NCBI GenBank assembly: GCA_963803435.1 | Contig: CAWDML010000006.1 | Span: forward strand, 160,001 to 224,000 | Reading direction: 5' to 3' | DNA from: an uncultured delta proteobacterium | Lineage (GTDB): Bacteria > Myxococcota > Kuafuiibacteriia > Kuafuiibacteriales > Kuafuiibacteriaceae | DNA length: 64,000 nt | Shown: in pieces, positions 12,053 through 21,588 of the stretch | How the letters are laid out: each line of letters starts with the position of its first letter | How positions within the stretch are numbered: the first letter of the stretch is position 1 | Notes under the pieces: model-generated | What the model saw: only the letters and a program-made list of their open reading frames with translations | What the model was told of the DNA's origin: nothing | Databases searched by the model: none | Position numbers and translations under genes: made by a program

Positions 12053-12747
12053 ACGCCGGGATGGAGCGCGTGCAGCGCGAGCCGGAAGATGGGCCCGAAC
12101 AGCTGGCCGAACGCGACCCACGCGACGATCAGCCCGACCGTCCGATAGCCGGTGTCGGCGAAGAGCTCGGTCCATTTGGCCGACGCGCGATCGGACAGGA
12201 ACAGCGGGACCACGCCGTTGCCGTCGAGCGGCGGCACAGGAAGCAGGTTGAAGGTGCCGAGCAGCAGGTTCAGCGAGAAGAGGATGCTGAGCGACATCGT
12301 GAGGACGGTGTGGCCGCCGTCCGCGGACACCACCACCTCCGAGAAGCGCGCGAATTCGGGGGATCGAAACGTGCCGGCGGCGACACCGATGCGGATGATC
12401 GCTGCGACCACCAGCATGATCGTGAAGTTCGCCGCCGGACCGGCCGCCGACATCATCGCGGCGCGCTTGGGATGGCGATTGGCCCAGAAAGGATCGTAGG
12501 GGGCGCTCGCCCATCCGATCATGAAGCCGTTCAGGAGGAAGCTGAGGATCGGCACCACCACCATCCCGAACGGGCTGCGCTTGATGTGCGGGATCGGGTC
12601 GAGCGTGACCTGACCGCTGCGGTACGCAGTATCGTCGCCGCCCAGCTTGGCGACGAGAGCGTGGGCCGCCTCGTGACAGGTGGTCGAGAACAGGAACGCG
12701 ACCAGCCACATCGGGAGGGTCGCCAGCACTTGGAGATCGAGCTCCAT
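12043..12747 (-). CDS. Site-2 protease (peptidase M50)
   Basis: HEAAH zinc motif, AAGPAAN, NLLPVPPLDG. Confidence 0.92.
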   Translation of the reverse strand: MELDLQVLATLPMWLVAFLFSTTCHEAAHALVAKLGGDDTAYRSGQVTLDPIPHIKRSPFGMVVVPILSFLLNGFMIGWASAPYDPFWANRHPKRAAMMSAAGPAANFTIMLVVAAIIRIGVAAGTFRSPEFARFSEVVVSADGGHTVLTMSLSILFSLNLLLGTFNLLPVPPLDGNGVVPLFLSDRASAKWTELFADTGYRTVGLIVAWVAFGQLFGPIFRLALHALHPGVYR

Positions 12748-12779
12748 CGCCCTTCCGCGATCATACGCTCAAGCGAGCG

Positions 12780-13322
12780 TCAGTACATCAGGATCCGCAG
12801 CTCGTCGCGCTCGGGGCGATACCAGACCTCGAGGCGGTCGCGACCCTTCCGCCCCTTCCATTCAAACGAATTGCCCCAGCGATCCTTGGACACCGGCTGG
12901 AGCTCATAGGGGGAAAGCGCGGCCAGCGCCGATTCGAGGCGATGAAGGCGCGCCTTCGTCCATCCGTCCCGGTCCTTCGAGGGGTCGATCGGCACGCGCT
13001 CGATCACGAGTAGAAAACGCAACCCGGCTTGCGACATGACGGCCACCGACGTTCGGCCGGCCGTCTGGGCCAGCGCGAACCGACGGAAGACGCCGAAGTC
13101 GAAGCCGCCATCCTTGCGCTCGGGTGCGGCGGAGGCGCGATTGATCGCCTCGAGGAGCCCCGTGTCGATCAGCGCTCGACGCATCGCCTGGGGCTCGCCG
13201 GCATCGACCCACTCCACCGCCCCGCCGGCCCGGCGGAGGCCCTCGGTCACCTCCTTCTCGGAGGCACCGAGGGCGAGCGAGTCGACCGGCGACCCGATCG
13301 CGAGGAGCGCGACGAGGAGCAA
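12780..13322 (-). CDS. Hypothetical exported protein
   Basis: Hydrophobic N-terminus; TTG start 3 nt after the upstream stop. Confidence 0.55.
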   Translation of the reverse strand: MLLVALLAIGSPVDSLALGASEKEVTEGLRRAGGAVEWVDAGEPQAMRRALIDTGLLEAINRASAAPERKDGGFDFGVFRRFALAQTAGRTSVAVMSQAGLRFLLVIERVPIDPSKDRDGWTKARLHRLESALAALSPYELQPVSKDRWGNSFEWKGRKGRDRLEVWYRPERDELRILMY

Positions 13323-13325
13323 GCG

Positions 13326-15080
13326 CTACCTCACCTTACTGACCAGGATCTGATAGTGGGGGCCCCGCGGATCCGGACCGACCACCTCGAGCGGGTTCCA
13401 GCGCGAGACATTCCATCGGGCGAGCATTTCGTAGCTCTCGATCTGCGCCACGCCGTCCCGATCGGTGTCGGGCCAGACGACCCAGACGGTGATCTTGCGG
13501 AACTTGTTCCCGTTCTGCGTGCCCTTGTCCCAGTGGGTGAAGAAGCCGGCCTTCAGCGGTCGCTGGTGGAAGCGGCGCTCGAGCGCGACGGTCGCCTCCC
13601 GGAGCACGCCGGCGTCGCGCACCTTCTCCTCCGGGAGCTCGGCCCGGGCCACGCGATGATCCACCCGCGGCGGAGGCGGAGGCGGCCGCTGCCCGACGAT
13701 GATGCCCGGATTGCCGTGGCCGACCTGGAACGGCGGCGGGGGCGGCGGCGGCGCGCCCGAAGTGAGCTCGATGGCGATCCGCGACCAGGCCTCCAGGCCC
13801 GGCGCGCTCGCTGAGACGAGCGCGGTCCCCTCGGCGACGTCACGGTTGAAGCCGCCGCCCTCGCCGCGCGCGGTCACCACCACGCGGACGAGATGGCGCC
13901 CCGGCGAGATGTTGCTGAGGATCTTCGTGATCGTCGCCGCCCGATCGTCCCGGGAGTGCTCCCTCTGCGGCACCATCGGGACGTCGACGACCTGGACGCC
14001 GAGCTGGCTTTGATCGAGCCGCGTGGTCGCCCGGCCCATCTCGCGACCATCGACGAAGATCCGCGTGTCGAGCAGAGCTGCGCTGCCGGGCGGTACGGTC
14101 TGACGCAGCACCTTGTCGAAGTACGCCGCGGCATAGACGTAGTGGCCGGAGGAGAAGCGGTTGAAGTTGTCGATCGTCGACTCGCGTCCGATCGAGATCG
14201 GCGCCTTCGAGAAGACGATGCGGCCCGCGTTCTCCGCGTGGAAGCCAGTCGGGTAGATGCCGCGGGCGAGCTCGTTCATGTTGAGGTGCGCCTGCTTGGC
14301 GAGCGCCTCCAGCCGCGGGTGATCCGTCACCAGGCGCACCGCGAAGATCAGATCGAGCGCCGCCCGCGCCTTCGTGATCCCGAAGGGCTTGTTGCGCGCC
14401 CGGTTCGAGTAGGCGGTGTCGAGGAGTCGCCCGATCTCGGGGAGGATCAGCCGGTCGAGCGTCTGGTTGAACTGCGACTCGAAGGCGATGAAGCGGGCGA
14501 TCGTCTGGTTCTGCCGGAGATCGGGGAGCAGCGACAGCTGGTGCTCCAGGTCCGCGCGCTCGTGCCGGTAGTCGGCCCGCAGGGCCGCGTCGACGAAGGC
14601 ACGAACCTTGTTGTTATCGTCGAAATATCCGGTGGGCCCGTCGAGGAGCAGCCGGCCGCGCACCAGCTCACGGGACTGCTCAGCGATGTTGGCGATCACC
14701 GCGCGCTCCCGCTCGGTCGATCGATGCGGCGGCGGCGGCGGCGGCGGCCGCTGACGGGTGTGCTGATCGTACGTGCGCTGCCAGCGCTCGAGGTCGCGCT
14801 CGTACTCCTGCACCGAGAGGCTCGGATCCTCGTGCCGGATCGTCTCCAGGCGGCGCCTCGCCGAGACCAGGTAGCTCTGGAAGAGCTGCTGGAAGTTGAT
14901 CTCCTGCCACTCTCCTCGCTTCGCCAGCTTGTCGAGCTCACGAAGATCGGACTCGAGCCCCTTGACGTCCCACTTGGCGGGACTGTGGCCGTGATAGTGG
15001 CCTCCAGGCGGATCGGCGGCGGCCGTCGAAGCGGCGGAGACCAGCAACAGACATGAGAGGACGGCTTGGATTGCTTTCAT
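13326..15080 (-). CDS. Hypothetical secreted protein with poly-Pro linkers
   Basis: Signal peptide MKAIQAVLSCLLLVSAASTAAA; three poly-Pro tracts; starts 5 nt after the upstream stop. Confidence 0.7.
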   Translation of the reverse strand: MKAIQAVLSCLLLVSAASTAAADPPGGHYHGHSPAKWDVKGLESDLRELDKLAKRGEWQEINFQQLFQSYLVSARRRLETIRHEDPSLSVQEYERDLERWQRTYDQHTRQRPPPPPPPHRSTERERAVIANIAEQSRELVRGRLLLDGPTGYFDDNNKVRAFVDAALRADYRHERADLEHQLSLLPDLRQNQTIARFIAFESQFNQTLDRLILPEIGRLLDTAYSNRARNKPFGITKARAALDLIFAVRLVTDHPRLEALAKQAHLNMNELARGIYPTGFHAENAGRIVFSKAPISIGRESTIDNFNRFSSGHYVYAAAYFDKVLRQTVPPGSAALLDTRIFVDGREMGRATTRLDQSQLGVQVVDVPMVPQREHSRDDRAATITKILSNISPGRHLVRVVVTARGEGGGFNRDVAEGTALVSASAPGLEAWSRIAIELTSGAPPPPPPPFQVGHGNPGIIVGQRPPPPPPRVDHRVARAELPEEKVRDAGVLREATVALERRFHQRPLKAGFFTHWDKGTQNGNKFRKITVWVVWPDTDRDGVAQIESYEMLARWNVSRWNPLEVVGPDPRGPHYQILVSKVR

Positions 15081-15085
15081 GGTGT

Positions 15086-16186
15086 TCACCGAAAGTTCGT
15101 GATGAATCGCTCCGTGAGCTCGGCTTTCAACTGCTCCAGATCCGACTGATAGCCGCTCACGGTGACGGCGGCCCCGGGTACCAGCTCGAGCGTGGAGACG
15201 TCGAGCCGATTCGCGACGATCGTGAAGACCGGGCCCTGCTTGTGGACGCTCCCATACACGAGTTGATTGGCCAGCTTGAACTGCCCCAGCTCGGGCGCGT
15301 TCAAGGCGTCTCCTTCGTAGAGATGGACGCCGACCTTGGCCAACTCCTTCAACGCGTGATCCATCTTCTGGCGATCGACCACCTCGCACACCTTCGAGGC
15401 CGAAAGACGTGCGGCCAGATATTCAGCGATTTGATCGCCGACATGTTGGAGCTCGGGATCGTTCTTGAAAGGGAGCACGGCCACCACCACCTGCGAGAGC
15501 ACCCCGCCGCCGAGCTTCCCCAGCGCGCGCTCAGCCGCCATCCGCACGCCCGAGTCGCCGTCCGTGCGCATCAGCTCGACCAGCACCGGGCGCGCCTTCT
15601 CGATCCCCAGGGAGCCCAGCCCGGCGACCGCGGCCTCGCGGACCGAGGGTGCGTCGTCCTGCTTCGCGGTGTCGAGGAGCAGCAGCTCGATCCGCAGATG
15701 GAGCTGCTTGTCCGGGCTGCGCGCGCGTCGCGTGAGCAGCTGGGCCGCCGAGGCGCGCACCAGGTGGTTGGTGCTCTGACCGAGGGCCTCGATCAGGGGC
15801 TCATCCGCGACCTCGCCCGCCTTGGCCAGCCCGGTCTTCGCGAGCTCGCGGATCGCGGGATACGGATCCGCCAGCGCCGTCACCAGCGCCGCGATCACGT
15901 CGGGTCCGTCGTAGACACCGATCGCGCGGATCGCGGCCAGCCGCAGATCCTGACCCGGCGCCGAGGTCGACTGTGCGAGCACCAGCGATCGTCCCGGCCC
16001 CCAATCGGGGTGCCGCGAGAACGCGTCGATCACCGCGATGCGCACGTCCTCGCGATCGCTCTCATCCCACGTCTTCTGTAGGCCTTCGAGGTCGCCGCGC
16101 TCCGCCATGCGGCGCACGTCCGCGGTGGTCGCCTGCGTCGCGCAGGCCGAGCACAGCGTCAGCCCAATGATCCCTAGCTTCACCAT
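15086..16186 (-). CDS. Lipoprotein with HEAT repeats and C-terminal CsgG/FlgO/TolB-N-like domain
   Basis: Lipobox CSAC; HEAT repeats (VRIAVIDAF, VREAAVAGLG, VRMAAERALG); VAVLPF...EVVDRQKMDHALKE...LVYGSV. Confidence 0.75.
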   Translation of the reverse strand: MVKLGIIGLTLCSACATQATTADVRRMAERGDLEGLQKTWDESDREDVRIAVIDAFSRHPDWGPGRSLVLAQSTSAPGQDLRLAAIRAIGVYDGPDVIAALVTALADPYPAIRELAKTGLAKAGEVADEPLIEALGQSTNHLVRASAAQLLTRRARSPDKQLHLRIELLLLDTAKQDDAPSVREAAVAGLGSLGIEKARPVLVELMRTDGDSGVRMAAERALGKLGGGVLSQVVVAVLPFKNDPELQHVGDQIAEYLAARLSASKVCEVVDRQKMDHALKELAKVGVHLYEGDALNAPELGQFKLANQLVYGSVHKQGPVFTIVANRLDVSTLELVPGAAVTVSGYQSDLEQLKAELTERFITNFR

Positions 16187-17685
16187 GGCGTATTTCCTGA
16201 CCGACCTCGCGGGCCGCGCCGGCCACTCGTGCCGGAGTTGCCGCCGGATCCACTCGACCCGGCGCTGCCATCGTTACCGTTGGACCCCGCGGCGCCGTCG
16301 TCGCCGCGCGGCGTGCCGGCGCCACCGCTTCCACCCTTGCCGCCCTTGCCGGAGCTCCCGCCGATGCCAGAGCTCCCGCCGCTCCCGCCGTCGCCGCCGT
16401 CGCCGGCCACACCGCCGTCGCCGGGGACGCTGGCCAGGCGGATCGCGCGACGTACGTCCGACTGGAAGCCTCCGTCTCCCAGCAGCCGCACGCGGACGTC
16501 CCCACCGTCGCCGCCGCGTCCGCCCGCGCCGCCCGAGCCGCCCGAGCCGCCGCTCGCACCCGTGCCGCCGCCGCCGCCGTCGCCCCCCTCCCCGCCGTCG
16601 CCGCCGCGTCCGCCGGGTGAGCCGCTCACCGAGCTGGACCCGTCGCCTCCGTCGCCTCCGTCGCCTCCGTCGCCGCCGCCGCCGCCGTCACCGCCGGCGC
16701 CGCCGCGTCCGCCCGCGCCGCCCGCACCGCCGTCGCCACCTCGTGTGGTGAGGGCGAAGCGCTGCCGGCGGTGCATGATGTAGTTTCGGGTCTCGCGCTC
16801 GCCGCGTGCGAAGGCGGCCGTCACCTCCACGTACACGAGCTCTTCGAACGGGTGGAACTTCGAATAGATCGGACGGATCGTGACGTCGAGGTCCGGCCCG
16901 CGCTCGCCGGGCCCGCCGTCGCCGCCGGGGCCGCCGTCGATCCCACCGGCGCCGTTGCCCCCGTGCCCGCCGTTTCCTCCGGCGCCGCCGGTCTTACCCA
17001 GGAGACCGTCACCGCCGTCGCCGCCGTCGCCCCCGGATTGGCCGTCTTTGCCTGGCTGATCGGCGTCGCTCCCGTTGGCGCCGTCGCCGCCGGCGTCCCC
17101 CGATCCGCCAGCACTCCCGTTGCTGCCGCTCCCGCCGCTGAACGAGCCGCCGGGCACCGCACCGCCGGCGCCCGGATTCCCGGGAGGTCCACCGCGTTGA
17201 AACGGCGTGTAGCGGGCGGCGTCGTAGCTCGGCGGAAAGACGAGGCGCGTGGTCCCGCCCCGAACCGCGACGTCAATCTGATAGCCGGTGTCGAGCGCCG
17301 CCAGTACGTCGCGCGTGGGGGTGAACAGGAATCGAGATCCAGCGAAGCTCCCCTGTGGAGAGCTGAGCTGCATGACCTCGGGCGAGATCTTGCCGTGGCG
17401 AAACGCGGGCGCCGCGTCGGAGTGGAGCACGTCGTTGAGATAGAGCTCACCGTCGTCGGTCACCGCGATCACCACGTCGGTGAGCGCGAGCTGTCCGTCC
17501 TCGCTCGAGATACCGTCGAGGGCGGGGTTCGGTACCACGTAGACCGAGACCACCCGCTCGCCCTCCAGATCGAACGCACCGCGACCGGTCGCATGCACAC
17601 CGGAGACGTCGACGACCCGCGGCAGCGACGGCGGCTCGCGCGAAGCGCATGCGATCGGGAGCAGGAAGACGAGGGCGCGCCTCAC
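16180..17685 (-). CDS. Lipoprotein with three GGX-repeat (polyglycine II) blocks separated by beta-rich inserts
   Basis: GTG start overlaps the upstream TGA; LPIAC lipobox; long (GGD/GGA/GGS)n tracts. Confidence 0.75.
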   Translation of the reverse strand: MRRALVFLLPIACASREPPSLPRVVDVSGVHATGRGAFDLEGERVVSVYVVPNPALDGISSEDGQLALTDVVIAVTDDGELYLNDVLHSDAAPAFRHGKISPEVMQLSSPQGSFAGSRFLFTPTRDVLAALDTGYQIDVAVRGGTTRLVFPPSYDAARYTPFQRGGPPGNPGAGGAVPGGSFSGGSGSNGSAGGSGDAGGDGANGSDADQPGKDGQSGGDGGDGGDGLLGKTGGAGGNGGHGGNGAGGIDGGPGGDGGPGERGPDLDVTIRPIYSKFHPFEELVYVEVTAAFARGERETRNYIMHRRQRFALTTRGGDGGAGGAGGRGGAGGDGGGGGDGGDGGDGGDGSSSVSGSPGGRGGDGGEGGDGGGGGTGASGGSGGSGGAGGRGGDGGDVRVRLLGDGGFQSDVRRAIRLASVPGDGGVAGDGGDGGSGGSSGIGGSSGKGGKGGSGGAGTPRGDDGAAGSNGNDGSAGSSGSGGNSGTSGRRGPRGRSGNTPW

Positions 17686-18725
17686 GGTGCGCCTCCTCGG
17701 ATCTTCTGCAAGAGGTCGAGCTCGCCCTTCTTCGTCGAGACGCCACCGAACAGCTCCAGCACCGCCGGATCCCGCTCGTGCGGCAGCAGATCCTTCTCGA
17801 GCTCCTGCTTCGGTCCGGTCCCGTACAGCAGCATGCGCGACAGCATCCACGCCGCCACCAGGCGGACCGCCGCCGACGGCGAGCGGGTCGGCCGCCCCTT
17901 CTGCTGTCCCTCGCCGATCACGGCGTCCGCGGCCGGACGCCCGATCTCACGAAGGCGCGAGAGCTTGCCGAGATACCACAGCACCAAGAGCTCGCTCCGC
18001 GGATCGCCGATCGAGAGCACCCGCTGGCTCTGCCGAACCGACTCGTCGACGCGCGTCTTCCAGGCTGCCGGGCCGGCGGCGATCTCGTCCCGCGTCGAGT
18101 CGAGGCGCGACAGGAGCTCGAAGGCCGCTGTGTACACCTCCGCCAGCTGCTCGCCGGAGCGATTGGATCGCACGGTGTCGAGCGCGCGCTCGAGCACCTT
18201 CACGTTCACCGACACCGTCCGCAGGCGGGCCCCCAGGACGTCGTAAACGCCCGACAGCTCCTCCTTCTGGTTGGCGGCGAAGTACACCATCGCCTCGACG
18301 ATCTCGACCAACCGCTGCTCGTCGGTGCCCATGACCGCGTAGTGCTTGGCGATGCCTTCCAGCGCGTAGTGCCCAGTGCGCGCATCGAGCGGCGTGCGGA
18401 GCGCCTGCACCAGCCGATCGAGCGAAGCCGGGCTCCTCATCTCGCCGAGCGCCCACGCCGCCATCGAGCGCAGCTCCGCGGGCTCCTCCGGCGACGCCGC
18501 GATCCGGCCCAGCGCCTCGATCGCGGCCGGGCTCCCCCGGTGCAGGCGGCCGAGCGTCTTCGCCGCCGCCATCCTCACCTCGACGTGTCTGTCCGACAGC
18601 TTAGCCGCACACGTGTCCACCGCATCGCCGACTTCCGCGTCGGAGCGGGCGTCCATCAGCGCGAGCAGGCTCGCCGGCGAGGTCGCGCACCCGCCCAGCA
18701 GGAGCGCCAGGGCTACGGTGCGCAT
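17682..18725 (-). CDS. HEAT-repeat lipoprotein
   Basis: MRTVALALLLGGC lipobox; VRMAAAKTLG, LRSMAAWALG. Confidence 0.75.
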   Translation of the reverse strand: MRTVALALLLGGCATSPASLLALMDARSDAEVGDAVDTCAAKLSDRHVEVRMAAAKTLGRLHRGSPAAIEALGRIAASPEEPAELRSMAAWALGEMRSPASLDRLVQALRTPLDARTGHYALEGIAKHYAVMGTDEQRLVEIVEAMVYFAANQKEELSGVYDVLGARLRTVSVNVKVLERALDTVRSNRSGEQLAEVYTAAFELLSRLDSTRDEIAAGPAAWKTRVDESVRQSQRVLSIGDPRSELLVLWYLGKLSRLREIGRPAADAVIGEGQQKGRPTRSPSAAVRLVAAWMLSRMLLYGTGPKQELEKDLLPHERDPAVLELFGGVSTKKGELDLLQKIRGGAP

Positions 18726-19204
18726 CGACTCCGCACCTCCTTCTCGGCGAACGCCGCCACGATCAGATCCTCATCGCCGATCAGCGGCGTGATCGCCTGC
18801 ACCGCATCGTCACGTCGATCGGGAAAGGCGCACAGCGCCGCGATCAGCGCCAGCTTCGGCTCGGGATCCAGACCGGTATCGGCGAGCACCCCCGCCATCG
18901 CGTCGAACGTCTCCGGCCGCGCGAGGCGGGCCAGGCCGTCGGCGGCCGCGGCGCGTACCCAGGGCCGCTCCGCGTTGTCGAGCAAGATGGCTTGCAAACG
19001 CTCGACCGCGTCCCTGGAGCGGAGACCGCCCAGCGCGCGCGCGGTCTCCTCGCGCACCCAGCTCTGGTCCGAGTCGAGGCAGGCGAGCAGGTCCGTCTTG
19101 CGGGCCTGCGCCACGTACGCTTGCAGCGCCCGGGGGCTCTCGCAGTACGATGCGCACGCAGGTCCGAGCAGGACGACGAGCACGAGGGCGGTGGCGCTCC
19201 TCAT
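18713..19204 (-). CDS. Small HEAT-repeat lipoprotein
   Basis: LLGPAC lipobox-like; WVREETARALG, WVRAAAADGL. Confidence 0.7.
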   Translation of the reverse strand: MRSATALVLVVLLGPACASYCESPRALQAYVAQARKTDLLACLDSDQSWVREETARALGGLRSRDAVERLQAILLDNAERPWVRAAAADGLARLARPETFDAMAGVLADTGLDPEPKLALIAALCAFPDRRDDAVQAITPLIGDEDLIVAAFAEKEVRSRCAP

Positions 19205-19273
19205 TCGGCCCCGGGACCCTACCGGAGGTTCTCCTGGTGCGCAGCCCGCGAGCGCCGTGTCGGGTATCACGCG

Positions 19274-20452
19274 TCACGGGACGCAGTCGGTCCCATCGAA
19301 CGTCCCGCCAGCGGCGCCACAGACCTCCGCCTGGGTCCGCGGCACGGTCCACCAGGTCAGCTCGTCGATCCGCCCGGTGAACGGCTCCACGCCGGGCTCC
19401 TTGCGCCCGAGATAGAGCGGCGCGCCGATCGGCCCGAGGAAGCCGCCCATGTTCTCCACGACCTTCCGGCCGTCGAGATACACCGTCAGGAACAGGCCGT
19501 CGTTCACCACGCCGACGTGGACCCACTGGTGCTCCGCGAACGCGTTGCACTGCGTGGTCGCATTGGCCGTACCGGTGACGCCGGTCCGCGAGAACTCCAC
19601 GTGGATGTTGTCGCACTGCGTGGTGAGGAAGAGGCCGTCGTTCCCGATGTTCAAACCGCGCGCGAGGATCGTCTGGTTCGCCCCTGTGTTGGAGGTATTG
19701 ATCCAGAGCTCGATGGAGAGCGCGCCGGTACCGTCGAGCGTCGGATCGGCGGGGATCAGGAACTGCCCGACGCTCCCCTCGAACTCCACCGCGTTGCCGA
19801 TCTTCCCCTGGACGCCGCGCGTGAGCCCGGCGCTGGCCGGCACGCCGTCGTTCATGTTCCCGGAGTCGTCGACGAGCGCGCCGCTGGTCTCCTCGAATCG
19901 ATAGGAGGCGGCCAGCCCAGCCACGCCGGCGTCGACGCCCGTGTCGATCGGCGCGGCGTCGTCGGGCAGCGCTGCGTCCTCCGCCCCACCGCCGTCGGCC
20001 TCGCCGTCCTCGGTCTCGGCGTCCCGGACGCGCGCGTCGTCCGCCTCCGGCTGCCCCGCGTCGAGCGCGGGACACCCGATCCCCGAGCACGCACCCACGC
20101 CGCTCAGCGCCACCGCGAGCGTGGCGCCCCGGCTGGCATTGCTCTCGAACGACATCGCCGCCGCAAAGTTGCCGGCGCGATCGGGCATGAAGCGCACCCG
20201 CAGCTCGGCGGCCTCGCCCGGGTTGATCTTGAGGGTGGACGGGAAGACCTCGAAGGCCGGCTCGGAGACGGTCACCGCCGTGACCTGGAGCGGGAACGCA
20301 CCGGCGTTCGAGATCTCCATCGGCCGCGTGTGATTGCGGCCCACGGGGACCTGCCCGAAGTCGAGGCGCCGCTCCGATACGACCAAGCGCGCGTCGGGTC
20401 CGACCGGGTCACTGCACGCGACCAAGAGGAGCGCGAGCGATGCGCAGCGCAC
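19274..20452 (-). CDS. Lipoprotein with ASH/Ig-like domain, acidic linker and LamG/concanavalin-A-like domain
   Basis: LLVAC lipobox; LDFGQVPVG...ISNAG; YRFEE..G...DDSG, SIELWI, WVHVGVV, YLDG, FTGRIDE. Confidence 0.8.
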   Translation of the reverse strand: MRCASLALLLVACSDPVGPDARLVVSERRLDFGQVPVGRNHTRPMEISNAGAFPLQVTAVTVSEPAFEVFPSTLKINPGEAAELRVRFMPDRAGNFAAAMSFESNASRGATLAVALSGVGACSGIGCPALDAGQPEADDARVRDAETEDGEADGGGAEDAALPDDAAPIDTGVDAGVAGLAASYRFEETSGALVDDSGNMNDGVPASAGLTRGVQGKIGNAVEFEGSVGQFLIPADPTLDGTGALSIELWINTSNTGANQTILARGLNIGNDGLFLTTQCDNIHVEFSRTGVTGTANATTQCNAFAEHQWVHVGVVNDGLFLTVYLDGRKVVENMGGFLGPIGAPLYLGRKEPGVEPFTGRIDELTWWTVPRTQAEVCGAAGGTFDGTDCVP

Positions 20453-20479
20453 CGGCCCAGCATATGCTATCCGGTGGGC

Positions 20480-21079
20480 ATGAGCGACCGACCGATCCTC
20501 CTGCTGGACGTCATGGGTACGCTGGTGACCGAGCCCTTCGAGGTGGACGTCCCGAAGTTCTTCGGCGTGTCCCTGGAGGAGCTCATCGAGGTCAAGGATC
20601 GGTCCGCTTGGATCGAGTTCGAACACGGGCGGATCGACGAGGACGAGTACTGCGCCCGCTTCTTCAGCGACGGTCGCGGCCTCGACAAGGCGGCCTTCAA
20701 GGCGATGATGCACGCGTCGTACGATTGGATGGACGGCGTGGAGTCGCTCCTCGGGGAGCTGCAGGCCGCCGGCTATTCCATGCACGCGCTCTCGAACTAT
20801 TCGTCCTGGTATGAGCTGATCGAGGACAAGCTGACGCCGTCCCGCTTCCTCGAGTGGACGTTCGTCTCCTGCCGCACGGGTGTCCGCAAGCCGGACCCTG
20901 AGGCCTACCTGGGGGCAGCGCGCGCGCTGGGCGTGGAGCCGTCGCGATGCCTCTTCGTCGACGATCGGGGGAAGAATACGCAGGCGGCGCTCGACGCGGG
21001 AATGCAGGCCATCCTGCGAACACCGCGGATCGAAGATCTGCGCGCGGACCTGATGAGATTGGGCGTGCTGGGAGAGTAG
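20480..21079 (+). CDS. HAD-family phosphatase (YihX-like)
   Basis: LLDVMGTL, LSN, RKPDPEAY, FVDD. Confidence 0.88.
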   Translation: MSDRPILLLDVMGTLVTEPFEVDVPKFFGVSLEELIEVKDRSAWIEFEHGRIDEDEYCARFFSDGRGLDKAAFKAMMHASYDWMDGVESLLGELQAAGYSMHALSNYSSWYELIEDKLTPSRFLEWTFVSCRTGVRKPDPEAYLGAARALGVEPSRCLFVDDRGKNTQAALDAGMQAILRTPRIEDLRADLMRLGVLGE

Positions 21080-21116
21080 GCGCGGGAAGCGAGCTTCGCC
21101 GCGCCTCTCGACGGTC

Positions 21117-21575
21117 CTAAGCCTGCTGAGCCTTGGCCTGGTCGACGCGGCCGCCGAACGACTCGCGATCGAGCGCCGCGCGGCTGTAGACCTGGAACTG
21201 CTCGGCGGCGGCCAGGATGATGGCGGCGCGCTTGCTGGAGCTCGAGCGGACCTCGCCAACCTCGAAGCGGCCGTCGTTGTCCTTGTCGACGAGCTTGATG
21301 GTCTTGATGAGGTTGCCGCGCTTCACCGGATCCTTCAGATCCGCCACGGTCACCTGACCACCGCGAGCTTCGTAGCCCTGCAGGGCCTCGTGGGCCATCT
21401 TGTAGAAGGCCTGGTAGGCCTTCGGGCCGCCCATGCTCTCCGCTTCTTCAGCCGAGAGGCGGACGCGGTCTTCCAGCGTCTTGCCTTCCTTGAGGGCGTA
21501 GTCGCCCATCTTGTCCAAAAGATGCTCGGTTACATTGTGAGCGATGCGATTGCTGACGTATCCTGGGAATGCCAT
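21117..21575 (-). CDS. Hypothetical protein with a single EF-hand-like loop
   Basis: Strong SD GAAGGAG; DKDNDGRFEVGE. Confidence 0.65.
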   Translation of the reverse strand: MAFPGYVSNRIAHNVTEHLLDKMGDYALKEGKTLEDRVRLSAEEAESMGGPKAYQAFYKMAHEALQGYEARGGQVTVADLKDPVKRGNLIKTIKLVDKDNDGRFEVGEVRSSSSKRAAIILAAAEQFQVYSRAALDRESFGGRVDQAKAQQA

Positions 21576-21588
21576 GGTTCGATCTCCT

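Noticed and set aside
16229-16783. Proline-rich extensin-like ORF on the + strand
   Set aside because: It is the antisense shadow of the GGX repeats; the minus gene has a lipobox and coupled neighbours.
16180-17685. PE-PGRS assignment
   Set aside because: There is no PE domain and the context is not mycobacterial; the similarity is compositional only.
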